Shown here one piece after another: positions 49,100-58,153 of a stretch of DNA of 64,000 nucleotides. Made by a program: the position numbers and the translations under genes. The stretch comes from Planctomycetota bacterium. GTDB taxonomy: Bacteria > Planctomycetota > UBA8108 > SXIK01. The DNA lies in assembly GCA_965223265.1 (NCBI GenBank), contig OZ244999.1, positions 2,400,001 to 2,464,000 on the forward strand. The letters are read 5' to 3'. The notes beneath the pieces were generated by a model. The model was not told where the DNA came from and made no database searches. It was given only the letters and a program-made list of their open reading frames with translations. Numbering within the stretch: position 1 is the first letter of the stretch; the number at the start of each line of letters is the position of its first letter.

Positions 49100-52000
49100 A
49101 TGAGGTCAATCGTGAACGGTCAAGAAGCTCAAACGCCAAGAAGTGTTGTCGAACAGTGGGTTGTGTCTCTGCTGTTTTGCGCTGTTGTCATGTGGGGGAA
49201 CTTTCTGCAGGCCAACACCCCGGTCTACCCTGAGTTCTTCGTGGTGGATACTCCGAACATTCATGATCAGCACTCGATCGATGACGGAAGGAGCCCGAGC
49301 GAGGTCACTCTCACCTGCAGCGGTACTGGTCCATGCGGGGTCGTCCAAGACGGAGTCGGGTCATGCAGCTCTGACTCCGCAGTCGTCGGAAAAACCTCCG
49401 CTCCGGTGTTTCTCTATCGAGGATCTGCTGTCGAAGCGGTGACCGATCTCAGTCTCCCCGGGATCGCCTTTCCCTGGAGCCACACGCGGACGTACGACAG
49501 CAGGTTGATCTCGTCGACCTCGGCCCCTTTGCCCTCGATCAGTGGCGAACGCTGGATCGGCGGTTTGGCAGAGCTCCACATTGAAGAGGATGCAGCTTCT
49601 GGAGACATAACACTGATCGTGAACGCGTCCACGAAGCGAGTCTTCGACGAGGACTCTGGAAGCTATACCGCGCCTCTTGACTACACGGCGACATTGGAAA
49701 TAGCGAATGCTGGAACTTCCACTGAAGAGTTCACTCTCACGCATGTTGACACTGGTGAAGTTTTTGTCTTCTACGGCTTCACCCCCGAGCCATCAGGCAT
49801 TGACGCCGATCTACACGGAAAGCTTAAGCGCCGTTCCAATCGACACTTTGAAGAGGAGTCAAAAAATGGGAACGAGTACGTCTATGATGAAGACAATGGT
49901 CAAGTTGAGACGATCAATATCAAAAATGGGGCGGCGGTTCTTTACACAGTAACGTACAGCTATAGCAGCGACAGAATCTCGAGTATTGTTCTCAAGGAGG
50001 GGGCGACCGAGCTGAAGAAGGTGGAGTACACCTATTTTAACGCTGCCTCACATCATGAAGATGTCGGTGCTGCTGGCGATCTCGTGCAGGTTAGCCAGTC
50101 TGAGAAAGCCTCGGACGGCAGTACGTGGATCACGCACATTACCCAGTATCGCTACTATTCAGACGGCGACGACGATGGCGGAGCACATCAATTGAAGGCA
50201 GTCTACGAGCCTGGAGCTATTGAAAGGCTCGTTGGACATATCCCGGAGATCACCTCGGCAAGTGGCATTCTCGGCGAAGCCGATAACTATTCGGGCACCG
50301 GCTCAAGCGCGGTGGAGGCGTTCTCCTCGCGCAACTTCACATACTACACGAGTGCATTCGACACTGGTACCGCGCAGACGCCAACTCCTTGGGGTGTTCA
50401 GAATCTGGAATCAGACTATGGTGGCAGCAACCTCTTTGAGTCTGGTTGGGTGCGAACCGAGACCGTAAATGGTTCATGCTCGAGCTGTGGCGGTGGGTCC
50501 GGTGGTGGTCAGAAACGGACCTACTTCTATATGTCTCTTTCTCAAACGCAGCCTTCGGTTTCCGAGGTGACGCGTATTGTGGTCGAAGACACGGAAGACG
50601 CAAGTGGAGGCGAAGCGTACCGTCGCATCTATGGACTGAACAAGCAGGGTAAAGTACTTCGCAGGGCGTTTGTTGAAGACCCGACGGCGACCACGCTCAC
50701 GGTTTGGTGTGATTCGGTCAAGATCAACTCCTCGAGCCGTGTGACAGAGCTTCGAAAACCCTCAGCACACGAAGTGACGAGCAACTCTCTGTTGACGAAA
50801 TTCCTCGATCCTGAGGGGGGATCGCCGACCGCCGGCCAGAACGACACTGACACGCTGAAACCGAGCGATGGGGCGATCTACGTCTACGACCATAACGCCG
50901 ACGGACGGCGCAGGTGGACGCAGATAAAGAAGGGGCGAACCGGAACAGCGTACTATGTCAGCGGGACAAAGTGGGGCGACGGCATCGTCGCCGACGAACC
51001 CAAACACCTTCCCGTAGCAACTTACAGATTCCCGAAGAAGACAACGAACTCGGGCGACACGTCCCGCGTCGACACGAGCTTTGCCTACGATTTCTGGGAT
51101 ACAGATGACACCCAGATCAAGGTGAAGACAACGACGCTGCCGGTCATCTCTACGAGTCAAAACGGCTCCGGCACTGCGACCGAGCTCAAGGAATACCATG
51201 ACGAACTCGGGCGTCTTCGCTGGGTGAAGGATGGAGAGGGGAACATCACCTACCACTCGTATCACCCCGAGCTCGGCAGACGGGCTTACACTATGGTCGA
51301 TGTCGAGACGGACTCTCTACGGAGCGACATCACCGCCGGGGTGAGCGGTAAGTACGTCGAGTGGGACGATGGAGCGGGAGGTGACACGATCCCGAGTGGA
51401 TTCACGAACACCGACAACGACAACCTCGAGATTGTCACCAAGACCGAATACGACGAGCTCGGCCGCACCGAGCTCCAGATCGACGCCAAGAGTTTCGAGC
51501 ACTACACCGTCTACCAGGATGGTCGTACGCTCGAGTTTCCGTATTGGGATAGATCGGGCGGGGAACCGAAGCGTGCCATTCGGGTAGTGGAAACAGATGA
51601 TGCCGGCAACCCCGTCGACTTCTTCACCATGTCGCCCTCCCAAGCGACGTCCACAGGGGGCGGTTCGAACAAAGTTCCAACTGGAGTCTCGGACGCTGAT
51701 AACCAGGTCTACTATCTGAGCTGGACGCATTTTGGCTATGACCCGGACAGCGGTGAGTTGGTCGAAGAGGATCGCTATTTCGATATTCCCCGGGAGGTCG
51801 ATCGTGAGCTTGGCACGCTGTCGACAGACTTTCACCGGAAGGCCTTCAAGTACGACGGACTGGGCCGGCGGGAGTTCGTCATCGAGGTCTCGAGTGGCAC
51901 GCTCACAAGCAGTGGTGTCGAGCAGATTACGGAGAACGTCTATGATGTACGTGGTCGCATCACGAGGATTAAACGCGGGATCAGCGACGACTCACACAAT

Positions 52001-55000
52001 ATGGGCGCAAGCTACTCGATTCCCACGAGCGGCATCGATACGGTCGAAGAAATCGTGTACGACGACGGCGGTGTCGGCGACGGGTACGTCACAACTCGTA
52101 GGAGATACCATACGACAACTGGTTTCACCGGCGAAAGATCGCACATCAGTTACAGAGGAGACCTGCGCGGGATTGAACCCTTCTACGGTAGCGGGGCCAC
52201 CGAAACGGCGATCGGCCCCTTCACGGTCTATGACATGAACTGGGCGGGCGACTGGACCGCGATCGGTGTCTACGACGTGGAGCCCAGTTGGGAGGGTGTC
52301 GGTTCCACCGTTCTCGCTGGCGACGGGTACAACGACTTTGCCAACACGCAAGAGAGCAATCGAAAGGCACTCACGAAGCGCGCCTACGACGATCTCGGAC
52401 GCGTTTACGAGACGGAAGTCTGGACAATCAACGCATCGACCGGGCAGAAAGGGGTCAAATCTGCTATCGAGCAGTTCTACGATCGTAACGACAACATCGT
52501 CGCGCAGACGACGAAGAATGAGGCGTTCGTCGAGCAGGCCTACGATGGAGCGGGAAGGCGCTATCAGTCGAGAGTCGTCGTCGACGACATCGCCGCGAAT
52601 CCCTATTCTTCAGGAGCGTTCGTCTACCGCGACCCGAAGCCAGATCCGGAAGTGCGAGACATGGACGCCTTGACGTCGAGCGGTGGTGACGATGATGTTC
52701 TACAGATAAGTCACCAGGAGCTCGACGCTTCCGGGCAGACGGTCGAGATTCATGTCTTTGAAGCCAACCATGACGACACTGACGGGATTGACCTCACAGA
52801 CGACGACGACTACGTACGTCTCTCAGACTTCTTTTGGTATGACGCGAACACGGATTTCTTAACGACGCGGGCCAACTACGGCAGTGGGGACACCGCTGCG
52901 GGTGCGGGTACATGGGATCGCTTCGCGATACCCTCGCCAGCCACAGCGCCTACTTCCAGCAGTGATCAGACGCTCGTGACGAAGTTCTTATTTACCGATT
53001 CTAGCGACTTAGAGACGGTCACCAGGCCGAGTGGCGCTTCCGGCGAGAGCGTCGAGAAAATCTTCTACGACGATCTCGGCCGCAAAACGTACGTAGCAGA
53101 AAACTTCGTCGATTTCGTAGTCTCGAGCGAGTCTGGAACGGGAGGAACGGACAAGTCAGAGGATCGCGTTACGTATATCTCCTACAACGGTCTCGATCAG
53201 ATCACCGAGCAGGCCGCGCTCGACGCTAACGGCGACGGCTCGACGAGCGACGAGCAGATCACGACCTACCTCTACGAAGACTCGCACTCGGCTGCGCTCG
53301 TCACCAGCATCATCTATCCCGACTCCGCCGATACAGATTCCACGGGCTCGGACCAAGTGAAGTTCGAGTGGAACCTTGACGGCTCGCTCGAGCGTAAGAC
53401 CGATCAGCTCGAAACAGTGATCGAGCGCACGTACAACAATCGCCGTCAGCTGGACTTCGAGAAAGTCACGACGCTCGCTGAGGACGTCGACGGACACGTG
53501 CGTTCGATAAAGATAGAGTACGACTCTGTGGCGCGCCTCGAAAAAGTCACTTCATACGCCAACAGCGATGGCACGGGCACAATCCGCAACCAGATCCTCT
53601 TTGAGTACAACGACCTTGGCCAAGTCGAAAAATCCTGGCAGTCGCACGAAGGGGCGAAGATTTCGACAACGCCGAAGGTTGAGTACGACTACGATCTCTC
53701 CTCGCTCAACGGCGTCTACAACGACGGCGCCCGCTTGAATTACGTTCAGTACCCCGATGGCCGTAAGATCCACTACGGCTACTCGACGAGCGGTTCGGCC
53801 TCTGACCGAATGAACCGCGTGGCGTCGATCTCCGAGGACAACGGCTCGGGCTCGCCGGCAGCGACGCCGCTGGTGAGTTACGACTTCAGCGGGCTAAACC
53901 GGCTCGCTGAGACGCACCTCGAAGCCCCCGGGGTGAGGTTGACACACCATCACGGTGACACCGACGGCGACTACGAGGGGCTTGACCGCTTTGCGCGGCC
54001 GAAGGATCACTTCTGGGACGGCTCGCCGGACGTCGATCGATTCAAGTACACCTACGACCGCGCGCACAACGTCACTCAGCGAATCGTCGACTCATCGATC
54101 TACTCGACGCAGGACAAGGACCAGGTCTTCGAGTACGACGGCCTGGAGCGTTTGACCTCCTACGAGCGGCGAGTGCTCGTCATCGGCCCGGTCAATCACG
54201 AGCAGGACTACACGCTCGATCAGCTCGGCAACTGGACGGACTTTGTCGAAAAGACCAGCGGCACGACGGATCTCGATCAGGACCGCGGCCACAACGACGC
54301 CAATGAGATCACCTCCGTCAGTGCCCCGCCGATGCAGCCGCAGTGGATCACACCGCTCTTCGACGCTGCCGGGAACATGACTGAAGGGCCGAAGCCGGGC
54401 GACGAGACAACGAAGCACCTCTATGTTTACGATGCCTGGAATCGGCTCGTCAAAGTGAAGAACGCAGCGGGCACGACAACGCTAGCGACGTACGAGTACG
54501 ATGGCTTGGACAGGAGGATCCGCGTCGAGGACAGCTCCCAGGATAACTGGGACTACTACTACAACGAAGACTGGCAGGTCATCGAGATCCGCGAGGACGC
54601 CGACCCCGATCCGCTCAAGCAGTACGTCTGGCATCCGTATTACATCGACGCTCTGGCGGTGCGCTTTTGGGACCAGCACACAACGGGGTCCCAGACGACG
54701 CACTTCTACACTCACGATGCCAACATGAACGTTACGGCGCTTCTCGACGACAATGGAAGCGTCAAGGAGCGATACGAGTACACTCCGTACGGCCAGGTGA
54801 ACGTACTTAACTCGACTTTCGGTGCTGGGGGCGGAAGTCTTTACGACCAGGAAGTGCTGTACACCGGTCAGCGTCGAGAGCCAATTTCAAAGCTCCATCA
54901 CTACCGCAACCGAGAGTATGATTCGTCTCTAGGACGATTCCTAACGCGAGATCCACTTGACTATGTCGACGGCTTGAACCTCTACGAGTACGTCAAGAGT

Positions 55001-55585
55001 GGCCCAATCATCGGAAGAGACCCGTCAGGACTTCTGGTCCCTCAGGCGTTTTGCGTTGGGTGTTTTGCTGCCCTAGCCGACCTTGCGAAGGTATGGATTG
55101 ACGCATGTATAGGCAATGCTGCTCACCCAGATTTCATGAAGTGCTTTCTTTACGGTGATGGCACGCCGGGTTCTGGCTATCTGGCGTCCATTGACACATG
55201 GGGGATTTTTGCCGTTTGTCTCTGTTGTGGCGGATCTGCGGTTTTCAGGAAATTCGGTGAGAACGCTGCAAAAAAAGCCTGGGAAAAGTGGCTTAAGAAA
55301 AAAGCCAAGAAAAAGCTCCTAGCACGGCAAAAAGCCAGACAACTCGCTAAGAAGAAATTCCAAGACGAGGTGTCGGAAAAATCCAAAAAGAGGATTATCG
55401 AGTGGATGAAAGATATCGATAGAGGTTCAGTGGACGTGAATGAACTGCCTGACGGTGTGACCATAGACGATGCGAAGCGGTGGCTCGATTTGCTTGAGAA
55501 ATCGCTCGGTGAGCGGAGTGGATTCCAGACGATCGACAAACGCCTTCCGGCTATTCGAGAAGCGATTCGGCGTGCAAAACCTTGA
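49100..55585 (+). CDS. rhs: Full-length Rhs (YD-repeat) polymorphic toxin with signal peptide, DUF6531-like domain and C-terminal toxin tip
   Basis: Hydrophobic leader (WVVSLLFCAVVMWGNFLQA|N), PV.L..G......DLSLPG..FPWSHTRTYDS, many YD..GR repeats, core RNREYD..LGRFLTRDP...DG.NLYEYV...P....DPSGL. Confidence 0.93.
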   Translation: MRSIVNGQEAQTPRSVVEQWVVSLLFCAVVMWGNFLQANTPVYPEFFVVDTPNIHDQHSIDDGRSPSEVTLTCSGTGPCGVVQDGVGSCSSDSAVVGKTSAPVFLYRGSAVEAVTDLSLPGIAFPWSHTRTYDSRLISSTSAPLPSISGERWIGGLAELHIEEDAASGDITLIVNASTKRVFDEDSGSYTAPLDYTATLEIANAGTSTEEFTLTHVDTGEVFVFYGFTPEPSGIDADLHGKLKRRSNRHFEEESKNGNEYVYDEDNGQVETINIKNGAAVLYTVTYSYSSDRISSIVLKEGATELKKVEYTYFNAASHHEDVGAAGDLVQVSQSEKASDGSTWITHITQYRYYSDGDDDGGAHQLKAVYEPGAIERLVGHIPEITSASGILGEADNYSGTGSSAVEAFSSRNFTYYTSAFDTGTAQTPTPWGVQNLESDYGGSNLFESGWVRTETVNGSCSSCGGGSGGGQKRTYFYMSLSQTQPSVSEVTRIVVEDTEDASGGEAYRRIYGLNKQGKVLRRAFVEDPTATTLTVWCDSVKINSSSRVTELRKPSAHEVTSNSLLTKFLDPEGGSPTAGQNDTDTLKPSDGAIYVYDHNADGRRRWTQIKKGRTGTAYYVSGTKWGDGIVADEPKHLPVATYRFPKKTTNSGDTSRVDTSFAYDFWDTDDTQIKVKTTTLPVISTSQNGSGTATELKEYHDELGRLRWVKDGEGNITYHSYHPELGRRAYTMVDVETDSLRSDITAGVSGKYVEWDDGAGGDTIPSGFTNTDNDNLEIVTKTEYDELGRTELQIDAKSFEHYTVYQDGRTLEFPYWDRSGGEPKRAIRVVETDDAGNPVDFFTMSPSQATSTGGGSNKVPTGVSDADNQVYYLSWTHFGYDPDSGELVEEDRYFDIPREVDRELGTLSTDFHRKAFKYDGLGRREFVIEVSSGTLTSSGVEQITENVYDVRGRITRIKRGISDDSHNMGASYSIPTSGIDTVEEIVYDDGGVGDGYVTTRRRYHTTTGFTGERSHISYRGDLRGIEPFYGSGATETAIGPFTVYDMNWAGDWTAIGVYDVEPSWEGVGSTVLAGDGYNDFANTQESNRKALTKRAYDDLGRVYETEVWTINASTGQKGVKSAIEQFYDRNDNIVAQTTKNEAFVEQAYDGAGRRYQSRVVVDDIAANPYSSGAFVYRDPKPDPEVRDMDALTSSGGDDDVLQISHQELDASGQTVEIHVFEANHDDTDGIDLTDDDDYVRLSDFFWYDANTDFLTTRANYGSGDTAAGAGTWDRFAIPSPATAPTSSSDQTLVTKFLFTDSSDLETVTRPSGASGESVEKIFYDDLGRKTYVAENFVDFVVSSESGTGGTDKSEDRVTYISYNGLDQITEQAALDANGDGSTSDEQITTYLYEDSHSAALVTSIIYPDSADTDSTGSDQVKFEWNLDGSLERKTDQLETVIERTYNNRRQLDFEKVTTLAEDVDGHVRSIKIEYDSVARLEKVTSYANSDGTGTIRNQILFEYNDLGQVEKSWQSHEGAKISTTPKVEYDYDLSSLNGVYNDGARLNYVQYPDGRKIHYGYSTSGSASDRMNRVASISEDNGSGSPAATPLVSYDFSGLNRLAETHLEAPGVRLTHHHGDTDGDYEGLDRFARPKDHFWDGSPDVDRFKYTYDRAHNVTQRIVDSSIYSTQDKDQVFEYDGLERLTSYERRVLVIGPVNHEQDYTLDQLGNWTDFVEKTSGTTDLDQDRGHNDANEITSVSAPPMQPQWITPLFDAAGNMTEGPKPGDETTKHLYVYDAWNRLVKVKNAAGTTTLATYEYDGLDRRIRVEDSSQDNWDYYYNEDWQVIEIREDADPDPLKQYVWHPYYIDALAVRFWDQHTTGSQTTHFYTHDANMNVTALLDDNGSVKERYEYTPYGQVNVLNSTFGAGGGSLYDQEVLYTGQRREPISKLHHYRNREYDSSLGRFLTRDPLDYVDGLNLYEYVKSGPIIGRDPSGLLVPQAFCVGCFAALADLAKVWIDACIGNAAHPDFMKCFLYGDGTPGSGYLASIDTWGIFAVCLCCGGSAVFRKFGENAAKKAWEKWLKKKAKKKLLARQKARQLAKKKFQDEVSEKSKKRIIEWMKDIDRGSVDVNELPDGVTIDDAKRWLDLLEKSLGERSGFQTIDKRLPAIREAIRRAKP

Positions 55586-55976
55586 GAGTTTCCTATACAG
55601 CGGCGAAACTAGACGGTGCGCAACTAATATGTAGATTGCAGGACCGGACTGATTCACTATTGATTCTGTGTGTGGGTAGGTGGGGGGGATTGTACCGTGC
55701 TGGACGATGAGAGTTCGTCAGAGTGAAGACACATCGGTTGCCCGAGTGGACGAGAGCACGATAGGCAGACGATGTGAATTATCGATCGCGAGGTGATTCT
55801 CGCGTTGATTCGAAGAGGAGGTTTCGGTAGCGCAAGATTGCACGTCATGTGGCGTGCCGGAGCAGAGTCTCGCCCGCCGCGGGATGGGTTTCTGAGCGCT
55901 GACGAGCGCGTCTCACGAGGAGAGCGGAAACTCAAGATCGAAGAATCATTCCACTTGAATCCCGAGCCAAAACAAT

Positions 55977-56585
55977 ATGCACGAAGTAGAGTACGTTGAT
56001 GGATTGGAGGGCCCGGTTCTGGCCCATAATTGGGACGTTGGCGGATTGGCCTCCGCGCTGCGAACTGGCTTGTGCGATGCAGCTTCGTGGTGTCTTTCGG
56101 AATTGAGAAACGACCCGGAAGATCCCGCGACTCTGTTTCGGTCGCCGGAACTGAGGCCGCCACGAGTCGGCGAATTGACCAGATCATGGGAGTGCGTTCC
56201 GTTGATTCGTGAATGCGTTGAGTATGTCGCTCACATGCGATCGCGATTTCTTCGAGACAGAAGAGTCGAGCAAGTGTCATTGGAGTTCGCGTTGCAGTCT
56301 GGTTGGATCCTTGGCCACGCCATTTCGCGTTGTACGGCTGACCACACAGCTCACACAGTTTCTCCAGTGTTCGACAGGTGGGACAACATTGGCTGGGATT
56401 GTTGGGTAATGTTTGGATCGACGACTGATTTCACGTCGCCACCGAGTGAATTCGACTACACTCTGTCGTGGATACCGAAAAAGATAATCCCTCTTGTCGA
56501 CGAGGCGATGTTGGGCCCTGATGATTGTCTTGTCTGGATTCCTCCGAAACGGCTTGATCTAGATTCCGAGTGGGTCAAGTTGTAG
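55977..56585 (+). CDS. Hypothetical protein, candidate immunity protein
   Basis: 202-aa ORF downstream of the Rhs gene; a conserved paralog at 32624-33219 supports coding status. Confidence 0.65.
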   Translation: MHEVEYVDGLEGPVLAHNWDVGGLASALRTGLCDAASWCLSELRNDPEDPATLFRSPELRPPRVGELTRSWECVPLIRECVEYVAHMRSRFLRDRRVEQVSLEFALQSGWILGHAISRCTADHTAHTVSPVFDRWDNIGWDCWVMFGSTTDFTSPPSEFDYTLSWIPKKIIPLVDEAMLGPDDCLVWIPPKRLDLDSEWVKL

Positions 56586-56615
56586 GTTGCCGCAGTTGGG
56601 GGTTGTGTGGGGAGC

Positions 56616-58153
56616 CATGCGGCATCGGATAACACGCGAAGCGCTGTAGTAGTGAAACTTGCGGCGCCGCACATGCGTGATCGGTTAGCCGTAAGCTCCA
56701 TCGTAGTCATCGCTTACGACTCGAGCGATTCGTGCGTATAGAAAAAGAGGCCAAAATCTCGGACACTTCGTGACTCACCAAAGAAACGGAGTGAAGAGAT
56801 CATGGCCACAAGGAAGTGTATCGAACTACGATCCTGTCTCAAGAGCCTCTTTCCCGACAAGTTGATCCGCGATGAGTCTCGAGCGAGTGGTTTTGTGCTC
56901 CGGGAGCGAAAGATCAGGGCGGTTCCGTTCTTTTGGACATTGGTCCTGGGCTTTGGGGTTGGATCGGAGCGGACGATCTCTGCGCTGCGTCGAGCCTACG
57001 AACGCTCGACGTCGTCGACCGTTGTTCCGTCCTCGTTCTACGATCGTTTCGACGCCAGTCTTGTGCGCTTTCTGAAAGCTGCGGTGAAGCGATCGTTGGC
57101 AACCTTTCAGGCATCGTGGACTGAAATCGAGGAGCGCGTCGGAAAGTTTACGGACTTGATCATCGTTGACTCCACAGTGATGAAGCTTCACGAAAAGCTC
57201 AGAGGATCGTTCCCAGGGTGCCGAACGAACTCAGCGCCGGCTGCGGCGAAACTTCATGCAGTCCTCAGTGTGCGCGGCAAAGGAGGCTCGACGGTCGCTC
57301 TCACTTCGGAGCGAAGTGCGGACCTGCGAAAACTTCGCACAGGTCCGTGGGTTCGAGACCGCCTTCTCCTCTTCGATCTCGGCTACTTCAAGTGGCAGCT
57401 CTTCCATCGCATCAGGAAAAACGGTGGCTTCTTCCTGACTCGATTGAAGCAAAACGCCAACCCGACAATTACTAAAATCCATCGCAGTGTTCGCGGCAAC
57501 TCGATCCCCCTCGTGGGGGAGAGACTTCAAGACGTCCTACCTCGATTGAAAAGAGAAACTCTCGACGTTGAGATCGAAGCCTCGTTTGCAACCCGCAAGC
57601 ACCGAGGCCGAGCGCGTCGCGCTCACGAGCGTTTTCGACTTGTCGCCATCCGCAACGAAGACGACGGCCAGTATCACCTCTACGTCACCAACGTCGAACA
57701 CGACGATCTCATCGCCGAGGAGATCGCCAACGTCTACCGCTATCGCTGGGAAATCGAACTCATCTTCAAGGAGCTAAAGTCCGGCTACCGAATGGACCAG
57801 CTGACGAGCCGGCGCCCCCACGTGGTGGAAGCGATGATCTACTGTGCAATTCTGACACTTGTCGTCAGCCGAGAGCTTCTACGCCACCTTGCCTCACGAG
57901 TCCGCAGCGGTGCCGAGCGAGTCGCTGCGGGGCGTTGGTGGAAGCTTCTGGCGAACTACGCTCAGGAGCTTCAACTCCTCGTCGTTCGACCACGCCGAGA
58001 CGCTCACCTCGCCGCTGGACTCGTCGACACCTTCCTGCACGAAATTGTCGACCCTCATACTGACAGACGCCCACTCTTGAGTCAGGTGTTTCGTTGATGT
58101 GGCGCCGTAAGTTTCATCTCTACAGAGCTTTGCGCGTTATCCGATGCCGCATG
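56616..58153 (+). mobile_element. IS4-family insertion sequence (1538 bp)
   Basis: Ends CATGCGGCATCGGATAAC and GTTATCCGATGCCGCATG form a perfect 18-bp inverted repeat that extends imperfectly to about 55 bp; no flanking direct repeat. Confidence 0.9.
56802..58097 (+). CDS. IS4-family DDE transposase
   Basis: IVDST, LFDLGYF and the YREK motif YRYRWEIELIFKELKS. Confidence 0.93.
   Translation: MATRKCIELRSCLKSLFPDKLIRDESRASGFVLRERKIRAVPFFWTLVLGFGVGSERTISALRRAYERSTSSTVVPSSFYDRFDASLVRFLKAAVKRSLATFQASWTEIEERVGKFTDLIIVDSTVMKLHEKLRGSFPGCRTNSAPAAAKLHAVLSVRGKGGSTVALTSERSADLRKLRTGPWVRDRLLLFDLGYFKWQLFHRIRKNGGFFLTRLKQNANPTITKIHRSVRGNSIPLVGERLQDVLPRLKRETLDVEIEASFATRKHRGRARRAHERFRLVAIRNEDDGQYHLYVTNVEHDDLIAEEIANVYRYRWEIELIFKELKSGYRMDQLTSRRPHVVEAMIYCAILTLVVSRELLRHLASRVRSGAERVAAGRWWKLLANYAQELQLLVVRPRRDAHLAAGLVDTFLHEIVDPHTDRRPLLSQVFR

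Noticed and set aside
49100-55585. T6SS- or Tc-type delivery of the Rhs
   Set aside because: No PAAR, VgrG, Hcp, Eag or SpvB/TcB sequence is visible in the window, and the N-terminus looks like a Sec signal. Genes elsewhere in the genome cannot be excluded.
32560-56560. Diversity-generating retroelement TR/VR pair (also considered for the two rhs copies)
   Set aside because: Mismatches are not adenine-specific, the repeats are too long, and no reverse transcriptase is present.
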